A stretch of DNA of 41,696 nucleotides, from the NCBI GenBank assembly GCA_002633005.1, contig NMRA01001193.1:1-41696 (forward strand). Reading direction: 5' to 3'. The stretch comes from Phoronis australis (lineage: Eukaryota; Animalia; Phoronida). A program made the position numbers and the translations under genes. The notes beneath the pieces were generated by a model that was not told where the DNA came from, did no database searches, and worked only from the letters and a program-made list of their open reading frames with translations. Shown here piece by piece: positions 1 through 11,600 of the stretch (positions are counted from its first letter, which is position 1; every line of letters starts with the position of its first letter).

Positions 1-130
1 ATTGTATATACCTCTATGTATATAAGTTTCATTTATGAATTGTTTACAACCCAGATATAATGCTTCGCGGTTTCTGAGTTTGTTATTATTTCTTTGTATG
101 TTCTGTGTATCCTTCAATAAATATATATCA
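1..130 (+). mobile_element. 3' tail of a LINE related to the 2367-6755 element
   Basis: aacccaga-tataatgc...ttctgagtt stem-loop (48-80) followed by aataaa (117-122) matches the tail at 6672-6745. Confidence 0.6.
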
Positions 131-211
131 CAGTGAAAAACTATGTCTTACCTTGACATTGCCACAGATGTACTACAGGGATCTATTTTAGGGCCTCTCT
201 CATACAAAAAT

Positions 212-509
212 TATTGCTCAACACAAGTAAAACTAAATTTAATCCATTTCTATTTCCACAGAAAAAATAAACAGAATCTCACATCCTTTTAATCCAAATT
301 AACAACGAAATAATTGATAGAGTTCATAATTTCAAATTCTAGCTACTTTTGTAGACAGTCATCTTTCCTGGAAGACGCATGTTCAGGAAATTACTAACAT
401 TGCGAAAACTGTGGGCATTTTCTCCACGTTGAAATACTATTTTCCCAAATACAGACTCCTGGTGATGCACAATGCTCTTATACTGTCACATCTACATTTT
501 GGTATAAAT
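212..509 (+). mobile_element. Degenerate CR1/L2-group LINE ORF2 fragment (post-RT region)
   Basis: Broken translation LNTSKTK...INNEIIDRVHNFKF...DSHLSWKTHV...IAKTVGIF...HNALILSHLHFG. Confidence 0.75.
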
Positions 510-983
510 GCCCTTTCATATTGACTTACTCCAGAGCGTCGATGTAAACAGCACAGTTAACTAGACCGTTCATACTGGCTTCGGTTGTTAATGAACATAG
601 AAGTAAGCGGTATGTGACGCAAGGTAGCGCTGCACGATGAGATTTTTTCAGTGTGACAATTTGGGAACATTTACATGTGCTAATTGAAATTAAATTTATT
701 TTTAAATCGATTGGTTATTATTAGAACAAAACATAAGCAGCTATTAGTGACGGCACTACCCTGTAATTGTTGACGATAACAGTGGCACCTGGCGATAACT
801 TTTATTGGACCGAAGTTAACCGTTCATACTGCACCGCAGCCTCGACGCTGCGCTGTTAAATCCACCTGTTAACTGCGATGTTAACTGGAGCTGTTAACTG
901 CGATCCAGGACCGGAGTTAAGCGTTCACACTGACCGCAACTCCCCAAACCATGTCGACGCGTCGACGTTAGTATGAAAGGCCC
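510..983. mobile_element. MITE, probably PIF/Harbinger-type
   Basis: Imperfect TIRs gccctttcatattgac / gttagtatgaaaggcc, with internal cgttca(t/c)actg copies at ~567, 821 and 922. Confidence 0.6.
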
Positions 984-996
984 TTGAAAGGCCCTT

Positions 997-1477
997 AAAA
1001 CTATGGTGTTCAATAATTGAACCAGAAGGAACTGATGTATTTGCGATGTTTGCATTCTGCTTTCGGAATTCCTCAACCGGACACTACGATTATTCACTAT
1101 GATAATCATGGGATTATCGCCCTCAGCAAGGAGCCACCGAAACAGCATCAACGCACAAAACACATTGACGTGCGTTACAATTTCATACGGAGCAACGATT
1201 GTGTGGAGTTTCAGTATGTGAACACCAAAGACAATTTGGCTGATATTTTTGCGAAACCGCTCTCGAAAGATGGACATTTGAGAGCCGTAGTCGCGATCCA
1301 AGGGGGGTGTTTATTAGAATCGCTCCCATGACCAGACACTATTTATCATTACGGACTCATGTATCACTGCTGAGCATGCAGTGTGTCTTTTCTCTTCCGT
1401 CCACGTTTCATAGCATGTAGTTTGTAGACGTGTATTTTATAACTCGCAATAAATCAGTTATGGATCACAAATCAACA
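997..1477 (+). mobile_element. Ty1/Copia 3' end: RNase H fragment, PPT and 170-bp 3' LTR
   Basis: ORF 1017-1331 has DN..I.L, HQRTKHIDVRYNFIR and DNLADIFAKPL. PPT aggggg(g) at 1301-1307. LTR runs TGTT (1308) to AACA (1477) with aataaa at 1448. Confidence 0.9.
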
Positions 1478-2366
1478 ATGATCTCTAAGCCAGTCAGTCT
1501 AACAATTGTTGTTAGCCGGTTAGGTAGAATTGTTTGCCTCAGAAACCCGAGAGCTTCTACACTTGAGCTATTACTTTTGCTCAGGACGTGTGTTATGTTT
1601 GTAAAAACGTTTTACTTCAAATAAAATATTTTAAAACTGACAACCTTGTGTCTTTCTTTTGTGATTGGCATTCGAATGTCACACCACTTCAATTTTTAAT
1701 TTGCCTGCCTATTAATGGCTTAGCTGTTCATGCTTTACCTACAGGTTATGAATGATGACAATTTCGAAATTTTGCCAACGTGGTATCTCAAAAACAGCTT
1801 ATCAGACTCAAATGAAACAGACATTATGCTATCGACCTTGTTCTCCAGTCTAAATGGGCCTGTTTTGAATAAGATACTGTCAAAAATTGAGGCATTAATT
1901 AATGATTTTTATGAAAATTTCAGTTTTCATCATAAAAGCTGCATAAAATAAAAAGGGCATTGAAAATTGATTTTGAGATCTGTTCATGAATATTTAGTAT
2001 GTGAAATGAAATTTGTCCATGCTGATAATGCTTTATCTTTCCTGCAACATCATTTCTTTGCTAAATTTTAGTAAAAAAAAACATGTTCATGGGAAGGCAG
2101 ATTTGTGTTGAGGCGAAAATTAGATTCTACAATCTTTTTATTTTCAGAAAACATTTACCTTTTATGAGTACAACAAATTCTGGAATTTTGCAGAAATTTT
2201 GACTAAAAGCACATGCTTCCTGGTGAGGTTATTCACCAGAAATTATCACAATGCTCTACCCTTTATAGTATGCGAGTTATTTGTTCCACCATCAGAGCAA
2301 CAGTTGTGAATGACCTCTTGGCCTGAGAAAGTAGTACCCTTTAATTAAGTCAGTTATCTTCTACTA

Positions 2367-5300
2367 AAGTACTTTAAATGCACTTCTGGGTCAATTAGCT
2401 ACAGCCTCCACGCATGGCCTCCTTATAACAATGTGACAACAAGGAGTGAAATCAGAACACCTTTTATCTTAGTAATGCGTATTTGTAAGGAATTTCACGT
2501 CTCACTTGTGTCATGATTATGAAACTACACTGAACTTGACAACTGTAGCTGCATCATTCAAATACATGTTCATGTGCATGTATGTTCACCTCAAATGATT
2601 CAATTTCATCTACAGTTCTAGACATCCCGTCAAGTGTGAATCATTTCATGAGTTAAATTTGCTTTTTAAGTTGTCTCAATTTTAATCACCATCGACGTTC
2701 AAGTTAAAAACGGCCAAACGAGTATCGCATTGACTTAGACCTCTATTTGACTCGGGCGGTGTCATGTGTAATAAGACAATGTAATTGGCGATATGTTTTC
2801 ATCCCAAAGTACAGTATTCATGTTCTACATATGTACAATTTTTTACCCCGTTGACTCTCACATCCTTAGTACGCCTATCCACTTCACTTTTTAATGTTAC
2901 TAATCCATCAGTTTTCTATTTGCAAGATTTAGCCTAACTTAACGTAATTAAATTAGTGGTGGTGGGAATTTTCATGCCTACCCTGTTCATTGCTTTTGTC
3001 CTTACTTCATTACATTTAGTCTATTCACACACCTGTATATACTTCTTTTTCTCTTGTTAGATAAACATGTTAAGTATGAACAGTAAGAATTTATCAGTTT
3101 TTAACTACAGATATAATAATTACAATTGTCCGGGTGTCTGGAAAACAATAATACCTCACTGCTTTTCGCCTATTACGCTCGAGCTCACTTTTTTATTACG
3201 AAAACGACCCCGAACTGCGCACCTACGTAATGTTTATTGCACAATTAAGAACTCATGTGATATCAGAGTTATCATTGAGCAAAGCCTTTTGACTGCTGGT
3301 GACATAGAGGTCAATCCAGGACCAGGCACTCCGGGTTTTGCCAGCTTCAAGGCCTTATTCACTAACAGTATCAAGGCGAACAATCTTTCAAAATTTGAAC
3401 TTCTCAAGCAATTTATTACAGACAACAATTACATGGTCATAGCCATATGTGAATCCGGAACATTGTCTGAAGACAACCTCGGTGCACTTATTATTCCAGA
3501 ATACAACATTGCATACCACACGCAGGGAGGGGGTTGATCTTGTTTGTCCACAATTCCGTAAATTACAAAACAAGTGATAATAAAATTATACAATCAATGA
3601 ATAACTGTTGGGTTGAACTTTATGTCAACCACAACAAGGTATTTTATGTTTTTTTCTATCGCTCACCTTACCAGACGTCCCGTGAAAGGAAAGCATATTT
3701 CAATACCTTTTCAGAAAAATTGCAAGAACTCTCACAAACTAATAAAACAATAGTTATCAACGGGGATTTCAACGCAAGAAATAGTACTTAGTACTCAGAA
3801 GATAATGACAATCAAGCCGGTCTCGAATTATTCGATATTCTCCTCTAAATGACTATACAACTAATAAACGAGCCGACACGTTTAACAGAGTATTCATATT
3901 CTTGCCTTGATTTATGTATTACAAACAATCTCGGATTAATTGAATCCACTTCTGTAAGGCCTCCCATTGGTAACTCAGACCTCCACGTTATAGAAACAAC
4001 ATTCTCACTCAACCGCGCACCTAAAGAACCAGACATTATGAAAAAGATCTGGAATTACAACCTCATTAACATGAACAAACTGCGCTCTGACATAACCACA
4101 TTTAACTGGACTGAAATACCTAACAAAAGTTTCATAAATGACGCAGTCTCAATATTCACACAGTCAATCTACAACATACTAGATAATAATATCCCATCAA
4201 CCATGAAAACAATAAAAAACAAAAACAAACCGTGGTTTAACAATAACATCAAGTCGGAAATATATAAAAGAAATAAATTGTACAGATCGTTTAGAAAATC
4301 AAATAACCCGTGCACGTTCAAGTGCTACAAAGAACAGTGCAAGAGTGTGGAAGAATTAATTAAACAGACAAAACAAGACTATAAGATGAAAATTATCTCT
4401 AATATCAAAAATGTCTCCAAAAATTTTAAGGAATATTGGGATATAGTAAAGACAATTCGAGGACAAGTAAAGCAATCATCATACCCCATCATCCACTCAA
4501 AGGAATCTAACTCTTAGGAGTCATTCAACGCAGATAAAAGTAAGTTATTTCTAGACTACTTTACCGCCAAGAGTCACATTGCACCAACAACAAACTTCCC
4601 CGAATTCCAAACAGAACATTACAACACTTCTCTGACATACAAACCCAACCATCTGAAGTCAGAATACTACTAGAAAACATTGACGAAAACAAAAACGACG
4701 GTACCAATCTCATAACCAATAAACTGATCAAGATAATAGCAAGAGAGCTTACAGTTCCTCTGACAACATTACATAACAAAATACTACAATCTGGAAAATT
4801 TCCTTTGAACTGGAAACTTGGTGTTATGATACCAAAATACAAAAAAAGAACTCCAAAACAGACATTGCCAACTATCGCCCCATAACTCTACTTAACACCT
4901 TATCCAAAATTTTAGAAAAAATCATTTCTCAACAAATGTTTGACCATCTCTCTTCACAAAACCTCATATATCGTCGCCAATAAAATATGGATTCATGCCT
5001 GGTAACAGCACTGTGTCCCAACTTACAGAAATTGTACACGACATCCACCTCCAGTTTGAGCAAGGGTACAACGTGAGATCCGTATTTTAGACATTGCGTC
5101 AGCTTTTGTTGTCGTTCCCCATGATCTTCTTCTACATAAATTACAATCTTACGGTTTTTCCGGAACTCTCTTCACACTTTTAAAATCATATCTGGGATGT
5201 CGAACTTACAAAGTCCGAATAGAGGGTGTCTTATCACGCTCATCAACGCCATGTTTCGTAAATGCTGGAGTACCACATGGTAGCGTACTAGGCCCCTTAC

Positions 5301-6755
5301 TCTTTTTACTGTACATCAATGATCTTCCAGACACCATAAACTCTATAACATTCTTATATGCTGATGACACTGCAATTTTCCACCCAATCTCAAAAGAGCA
5401 TCCACATGACTCCTTACAATTGCAAACAGACCTTATCAAACTCTATGACAAATGGAATAAACCTGAAAAAAAGTGTTGATCTTATATTTTTTAAGTCTAA
5501 TAATACTCATTTCCAAACAAATCCAACGCTGGAATTATCACTCAGTGGGGAAGTTATTCTCAATAAGTTCACGCACAAACATCTTGGCTTGCTACTAGAC
5601 CATAAGCTTACATTTACTCCTCATTGTCGCGAACTCATTCACAAAGTACAAAAATTAATTAATCTAATTAGAATTATCTCTCGTCATCTCAACTCCATGC
5701 ATCTTGAAACTCTGTTGAAGTCTTTTGTACTTCCACATCTAGATTACTATGACATAATCTACCAATCGGCAAACGCTGGCATACTTCTTCGATTAGAAAG
5801 ACTACAATACCAAGCAGCTTTAGCCATAACAGGGGCATTTAAAGGGTCCAACACAACCAAGGTTCCAAATAGTCTAAACTGGAGCAAACTAGCAACTCGT
5901 CGTAAACTCCACATGTCCATGTATACATTCAAAGTCTTTTAAAACCAACATAAACAATTACTCTAACAAAATTCTCTTTGACTCCTACAGAAGACCAAAC
6001 ACGAGACCAGGACTGCGACAAAGTAATATGCACACTGTTCCATCTTCCATCAGCCAAGCCTTCGGGAGATCAACGGTATTAACTTGTATTTACAACTGGA
6101 ATTCCTTATCACCCAAAATAAAAGAAAGCACTTCAATCGTCACTCTCAAAAATAACTTTAAAATGCATACCACTTCTCAAGACTTGCCAGTCCCATTGAC
6201 ATCATTTCAACTTCCTCGCAACCATGAAGTAACCCTGTACAGAACAAGATGCGGTCTATTCCTAAACAACTTTAGACATAATTTTAATAATATTTCGCCT
6301 CTGTGTTCCTGTGAGGACACCCAGACATATCCTCATGTTTTCTTTGCTTGTGACGTAAGCAAGGAGCAGAGGGTACCGCTTTTTCAGACACTCGAACAAT
6401 ACCCCAATGTCTACAAAAAATATTCTGAAATTCCGCAATTGTACCACAAAATTAATTTTTTTCTATATGGATGTCAAGAACTCATCCCTAATGAAAATAA
6501 GGTTTTATTTGAAATAGTATCAGAATTTCTTTATAACATTAAATCTCTTTGTGTGAGTCGACAGAATTGTATACTTGTGTATGAAAATGAATTATCATTG
6601 TAATCTTAACATCATTTTTTAAATTTATGTATTGGTGTATAATAATTGTATATAGGCTTCTTTGTATTTTTTAACCCAGATCTAATGCCTCTTGGCGCTT
6701 TCTGGGTTATTTATATTCATTGTATTCTGAAGATTTCGTAATAAACATTAAAAAA
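2367..6755 (+). mobile_element. Near full-length, inactivated CR1-group LINE (2A, APE endonuclease, RT, C-terminal CxC..H..C)
   Basis: APE motifs IAICES, YRSP, GDFN, EPTR, LDL and SD. RT motifs YRPITLL, GVPHGSVLGPLLFLLYIND and YADD (5357-5368). CSC...HVFFAC near the C-terminus. 3' stem-loop, aataaa and A-tail. Many stops and frameshifts. The 5' boundary rests on the candidate TSD atcttctacta (2356-2366 / 6756-6766). Confidence 0.9.
3283..3324 (+). other. 2A-like (StopGo) ribosomal-skipping motif
   Basis: SLLTAGDIEVNPG|P matches D(V/I)ExNPGP and is in frame with the APE domain. Confidence 0.85.
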
Positions 6756-8580
6756 ATCTTCTACTACTGAACTGGACAATAGCTCATAGATTCGGAATAA
6801 TAGAGGGGCAATAAACTTGGGGCACGTGTGGGCTAAACTGGCTGAATTTCACCAACGTTTGCAGCGATATGCCGACACGGAACACAGCATCCAGTAAAAA
6901 AATAACTTCAGACCCGCATGCCACACCATAAAAGTTCAAAAATATCATACAGCAGACGGAGACAGTGCAAACGTTTTCAACCAAAAGAAATGACTCAATA
7001 TTATGACGTCGGTGAAGCCACGTTACATAAACATCATTCCTCAGTGCTACCTTTCGTAGCACTGTGAAAGAGTGCATGCCCTTACGGAAGCCCTGATGAC
7101 ACCTGGCCAAATTGGCAAGTTTTACTTCAGGCAAGTACGTCGTCTGCTAATCATGTCCGCTGCTCTCACAATACACTTACCGGAAACTGAAATAGATAAT
7201 TTAGAAGAGTGGCACCCAATCTAGGATAGAACGCAAGAAAATGAGTTGCCAATCTGTTGTCTATAATCTATGGTGTTACCAACCAGTCGTGTCCGAACAC
7301 ATTGCAGGTCATGTGAGAAATAACATTACCAAATTTCATTTGATATATATGTTAAAGATGAAATCTCAAAAATGCTGTTACAGTTTTTTAAATATTCCAT
7401 CTCATTTTTATATGCAGCTTTTGATTTTTTTCACGAAAATCATAAGTTTTATTTTTATAGTCCCTCATGCAAAAAATCGTTTTTTGGAAAGTGCAAATAG
7501 CATAGTATTTGAAAGTTTCTCATGAATCTGATCAGTTGTTTCTAAGATGTGTTGACCTGAAGTTAGTCTAAATTAAATTTGCTTGTTCGGATCACATATC
7601 CAAGGCCATAGAGCTAGGTTGTAGGTACTGATATGAATTTACTTAACAATCCATTGCCAGGGGACACTGATATGATGAGAAGAGGTTTAGACATTGTATA
7701 TGGGAATACTTGATCTTTGTGCCACTGAAAACATTGGTAGTACGATTGTGTACATGTTTTTGTGGTGACATGTATGTACCTTTCTCACCCATGGCTGTTA
7801 CCTTGTACTGTTGCCTAGCTTATGTAACATTCTCTGCTGATGTTTGGAGAAGAAATGTAAACAAACTAATAAACTTTCAAACACTGGTATTTATGTTCAA
7901 GATATGTCCCTAAATGGATAGGTGTGTCACAAGCTCCGTTTCCAGAGATAAAAGGAGACCGTATACACGCGAAATAAAGGTCATTTATTATGACTAATAA
8001 TGGTACAGAAATATGAGTCTAAAATAATAAGTAAATATAAAATAATAGGCTCTGGAAAGATGGACAATAAAAAGCGCCACAAGAGGTGTTGAAGACAGCT
8101 CATGCCCATCCGCAGGGACGCACCAAAATAAAAAATAAGGAAGAAAATAGAGGTATTATGTAGAATCACATACTTTCAGGGTGCTGTCATCCGGATGCCC
8201 AATACACACTTGTCATAGTAACTATAGGGCATCCGCCTGCTTTTAATACATTGATTCCTCATAACATGTACATAGTTGGAACCTGTTGAAATTCAGGACC
8301 TTGAATGGAAACCCAGGGTAGCACAGAGAGTACCATTGTGTATTCGAAATCCTGACAAGTGCTATGCAGCCCTGAAAAATTGAGACCTGACTGATGAGAC
8401 AATACCAAACGATGAAGCATCAAAGTACCCGAGATAATGCCAATTGTCCAATCTCCATTATTTAGCATTGGGCTCACTGGCATTCAGGTTTCAAAAAAGT
8501 AACAGAAAGCATATGAGTAAGCATAGATTTTATGTTGTGATTGTCATAGTCTGGTAAGTATGCTACTTAATGTTTTTCAG

Positions 8581-8647
8581 CACCAGGAGCATAGGACAGA
8601 AAATCCTTGTTATTATCAATTCACTAAAGAATCCACTGGAGACTAAG
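8581..8647 (+). CDS. SAMHD1: Probable SAMHD1 exon encoding the last SAM-domain helix and linker
   Basis: tgtttttcag acceptor and AAG|gtagga donor. 1+66 nt encode [22 protein letters not shown], resembling SAM helix 5 and ending in K, in phase 0 with the VFND exon (human ...MK|VIND). Confidence 0.6.
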
Positions 8648-11600
8648 GTAGGACTTTTTGGTCAATTTTCACTTATTTCGGCAAAAATGATTGCCAAACT
8701 TTATATGTTATGATCATTGTTTAAGGGATTCTAATGTTGATGTGAATTCCAACAATTTTCCAAAACATTGACTTCTAAAGATGGTGGCTATGATACAAAA
8801 CTTAAACACACAAAAAGGGAGAATACAAAATTTCATTTGTCTGCCAAATTTTGTTATAAATTGGTGACATTTCCCAACGTTTGTTAGGAACAGCTTATCT
8901 ACCATGGAAGTGCTGTCGCTTTAGGCCACTAGTCACTATCACTTATATCACAAAAGAATAAAAATAAGTACCACTAACAGCTTATTATTTAAAATGACTT
9001 ATTCTTATTAAAATGACATAGGCAAAAAATTGAATTTCAGGCCTCAAAAGCGAGGCCACCTATATTAATATAGGCCCCGCCGAAAGGCGGCCGGAGAGCG
9101 GGGCCATCCTATATTAATATAGGTGGCCTCGCTTTTGAGGCCTGAAATTCAATTTTTTGCCTATGTCATTTTAATAAGAATAAGTCATTTTAAATAATAA
9201 GCTATTCACTACTATTTCAATCATTTGTTTTAAAAGCACACAGAGCTTAAGCTTAGACATAAAAAATCTATAAACACAAATTAGATTTTGGAACAATATG
9301 GATAAAAAACCGATAACTAAAATCTGTAATTAAAAACAACAATCTTGTTGGAGTTAAGAAAATTATTTATAAGTGCTCAAGAAGCTGATATTCTGTTACT
9401 CTGCTGCTACACTTTTGCAGCAATCATTTAAGTCAGGTTTGAGTGTCATTGAATTGAGCATCCGAGTCAACTTCCCTTTTCACCGATTCATTGAAATCAG
9501 CCATTTTTTCTTCAAGGTTATGTACCGTTCACAACAAGTTACTGGGATTGGTTTCATTTATTATAAGTTTGTAGTATTTTATTACCAGTAAACTGAATTT
9601 CTGACCAATTTTTTTTCTGTGAAGTTGTCACCATTTCCCTAAAGATGTAGCAGAAATTGACCAAATGGCGCATGTTTGTGTCGGGAGCGTACTGTTTTAA
9701 AGTCTATGCTGTAAATGTGTACCTTATTTGTATCACAGTTCCAAATAAATGACTTCTCCTTTATTCCCTTACTTTGCTCCTCCCTCTCCTCCACCCTATG
9801 CCCTTCCCTGCGTTTTAAGTTCGTACTTTGTTTTAAACACAAGTTTTCCATAAATGATGAGCCATCAGAAGTTTGAGTGAATTTCTTAGTTCTCATTTCA
9901 ATTGAATTTGATTGTTTTTTTGCAGGTGTTCAATGACAGTATTCACGGTCATATTGAGCTGCACCCATTGTGTGTGAAGATTATTGACACGCCACAGTTC
10001 CAAAGATTACGTTACATTCGCCAGATGGGAGGTGTTTATTTTGTCTACCCTGGTGCTTCACACAACAGATTTGAACATTCTCTTGGGTGAGTAAGCCTAA
10101 CCTCATCCTTTTTCCCCTGCACACATGCGCACACACGTGAGGTTATTTTGCTGTCATCTCAGTCTGCCTCACTGCATGTGTGGTATCTGCCTGTATCTCA
10201 AAACGTGATTCATGAACTTTTTGACTATGGTACAGAATTTGAGCATGGTAAACCGTTAAGTTGGTGCTACGTTTCTTTGATGAAAACATGAGAAAATAAA
10301 ATTCCATCTTTCCACCTTGTCTTAGTGTCCTAAATAAGCGTCGTTTTACTGCACTGTCTGCTCTTGTGACAATTTGTGTTTTCTTTGTGTATGTCGCAAT
10401 ACCTGAGTTCTTGGATGGACATGTACAAAATTTGGCATGTTTTTTCATATTGGGAAAAACGCAGCTGATGTCCACAACCGATTTTGATTTTCGCATGGAT
10501 CCAACTACTCTAGAAATATTTGGAAAAATGAACAACCCTAATATCTGTGTCATTTACGTGGTGGACGATTGTTACACTGCATTGCTCTTGTTTATTTGTG
10601 CGAATGTACCATTCAAAGTCTCTGTGTCTGTAAAGCCAGGAATGTTTGTTAGATCGTCTTTATCTTTGCTAAAATGAGCTTTAGTGGTAAATTTACTAAA
10701 TGTCTCTGCTTCCCAAAATTTCCAAACTTCTACTTGGTTTGTGCTTACGCTCTGCTTACCGCGCATCCCCAATTTATACAACCGAGACTACATTAAAAGT
10801 GACTGGTAAACGCTATGGTAAATAACTTAAATGTTATCTCAAACCACCGTCGTGAACGTGAGATCGAAATCGTAAAAGACAAATTACCCACCTTCCGTTT
10901 TCTTAGTTTTTGAGGTTTCATTTAGCTAACATGAAATGGATAACATAAAATCTAATTAAATAACCACCTTTTGTGCCAAATTGTTTAATTTTGAAGAAAA
11001 ATTAGTTATTTCCAAATTTCCCGCCACATGATGTAATGGGTGGAAGACGTTTGGTAACTTGACAATAAATTGTAATGGGGGAACACAGCAGACCATAAGA
11101 CGATGCAGAAAGAGAGGAGAGAGGATATGGGCATCACACTCAAGTACTTGAAGAATCAGACAATGATTTCGATTTCCCACTCAGCGAACATTCATCGGCT
11201 TTGAGGCCGTATGAACTCGACCCACTTACGCGAGAAATTCTGCAGACATATGTGAGCCACAACCACCTGAACCAAGGGATGGTACTGAATATTCACACAA
11301 TAGGCACATAATAATCACTAGCAAAGAATACAGTAATTCTGGGTAATTGGCATTCACTATGATACAATGAGCACGGTCTAAACACAGTGCAAAAGAAGTG
11401 GCCCGGGATCTAGGGCCTGGCATCACTCGTCCTAGAATGGAAGTAGTTTGTTCGTTATTTATAAGGTTTGCAAATACAAGGTGGCGAGTCCTTCACCGTA
11501 ACATTGTTTTTGTGTTTGGTCGAAACACGATTCATTGAAATATGCCGAACAAAGTGTGTCTTCCGACTGAATCGCATGTTCCACACTGACATTCCACACT

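Noticed and set aside
894-1301. 135-aa minus-strand ORF
   Set aside because: Antisense shadow of the Copia RNase H frame.
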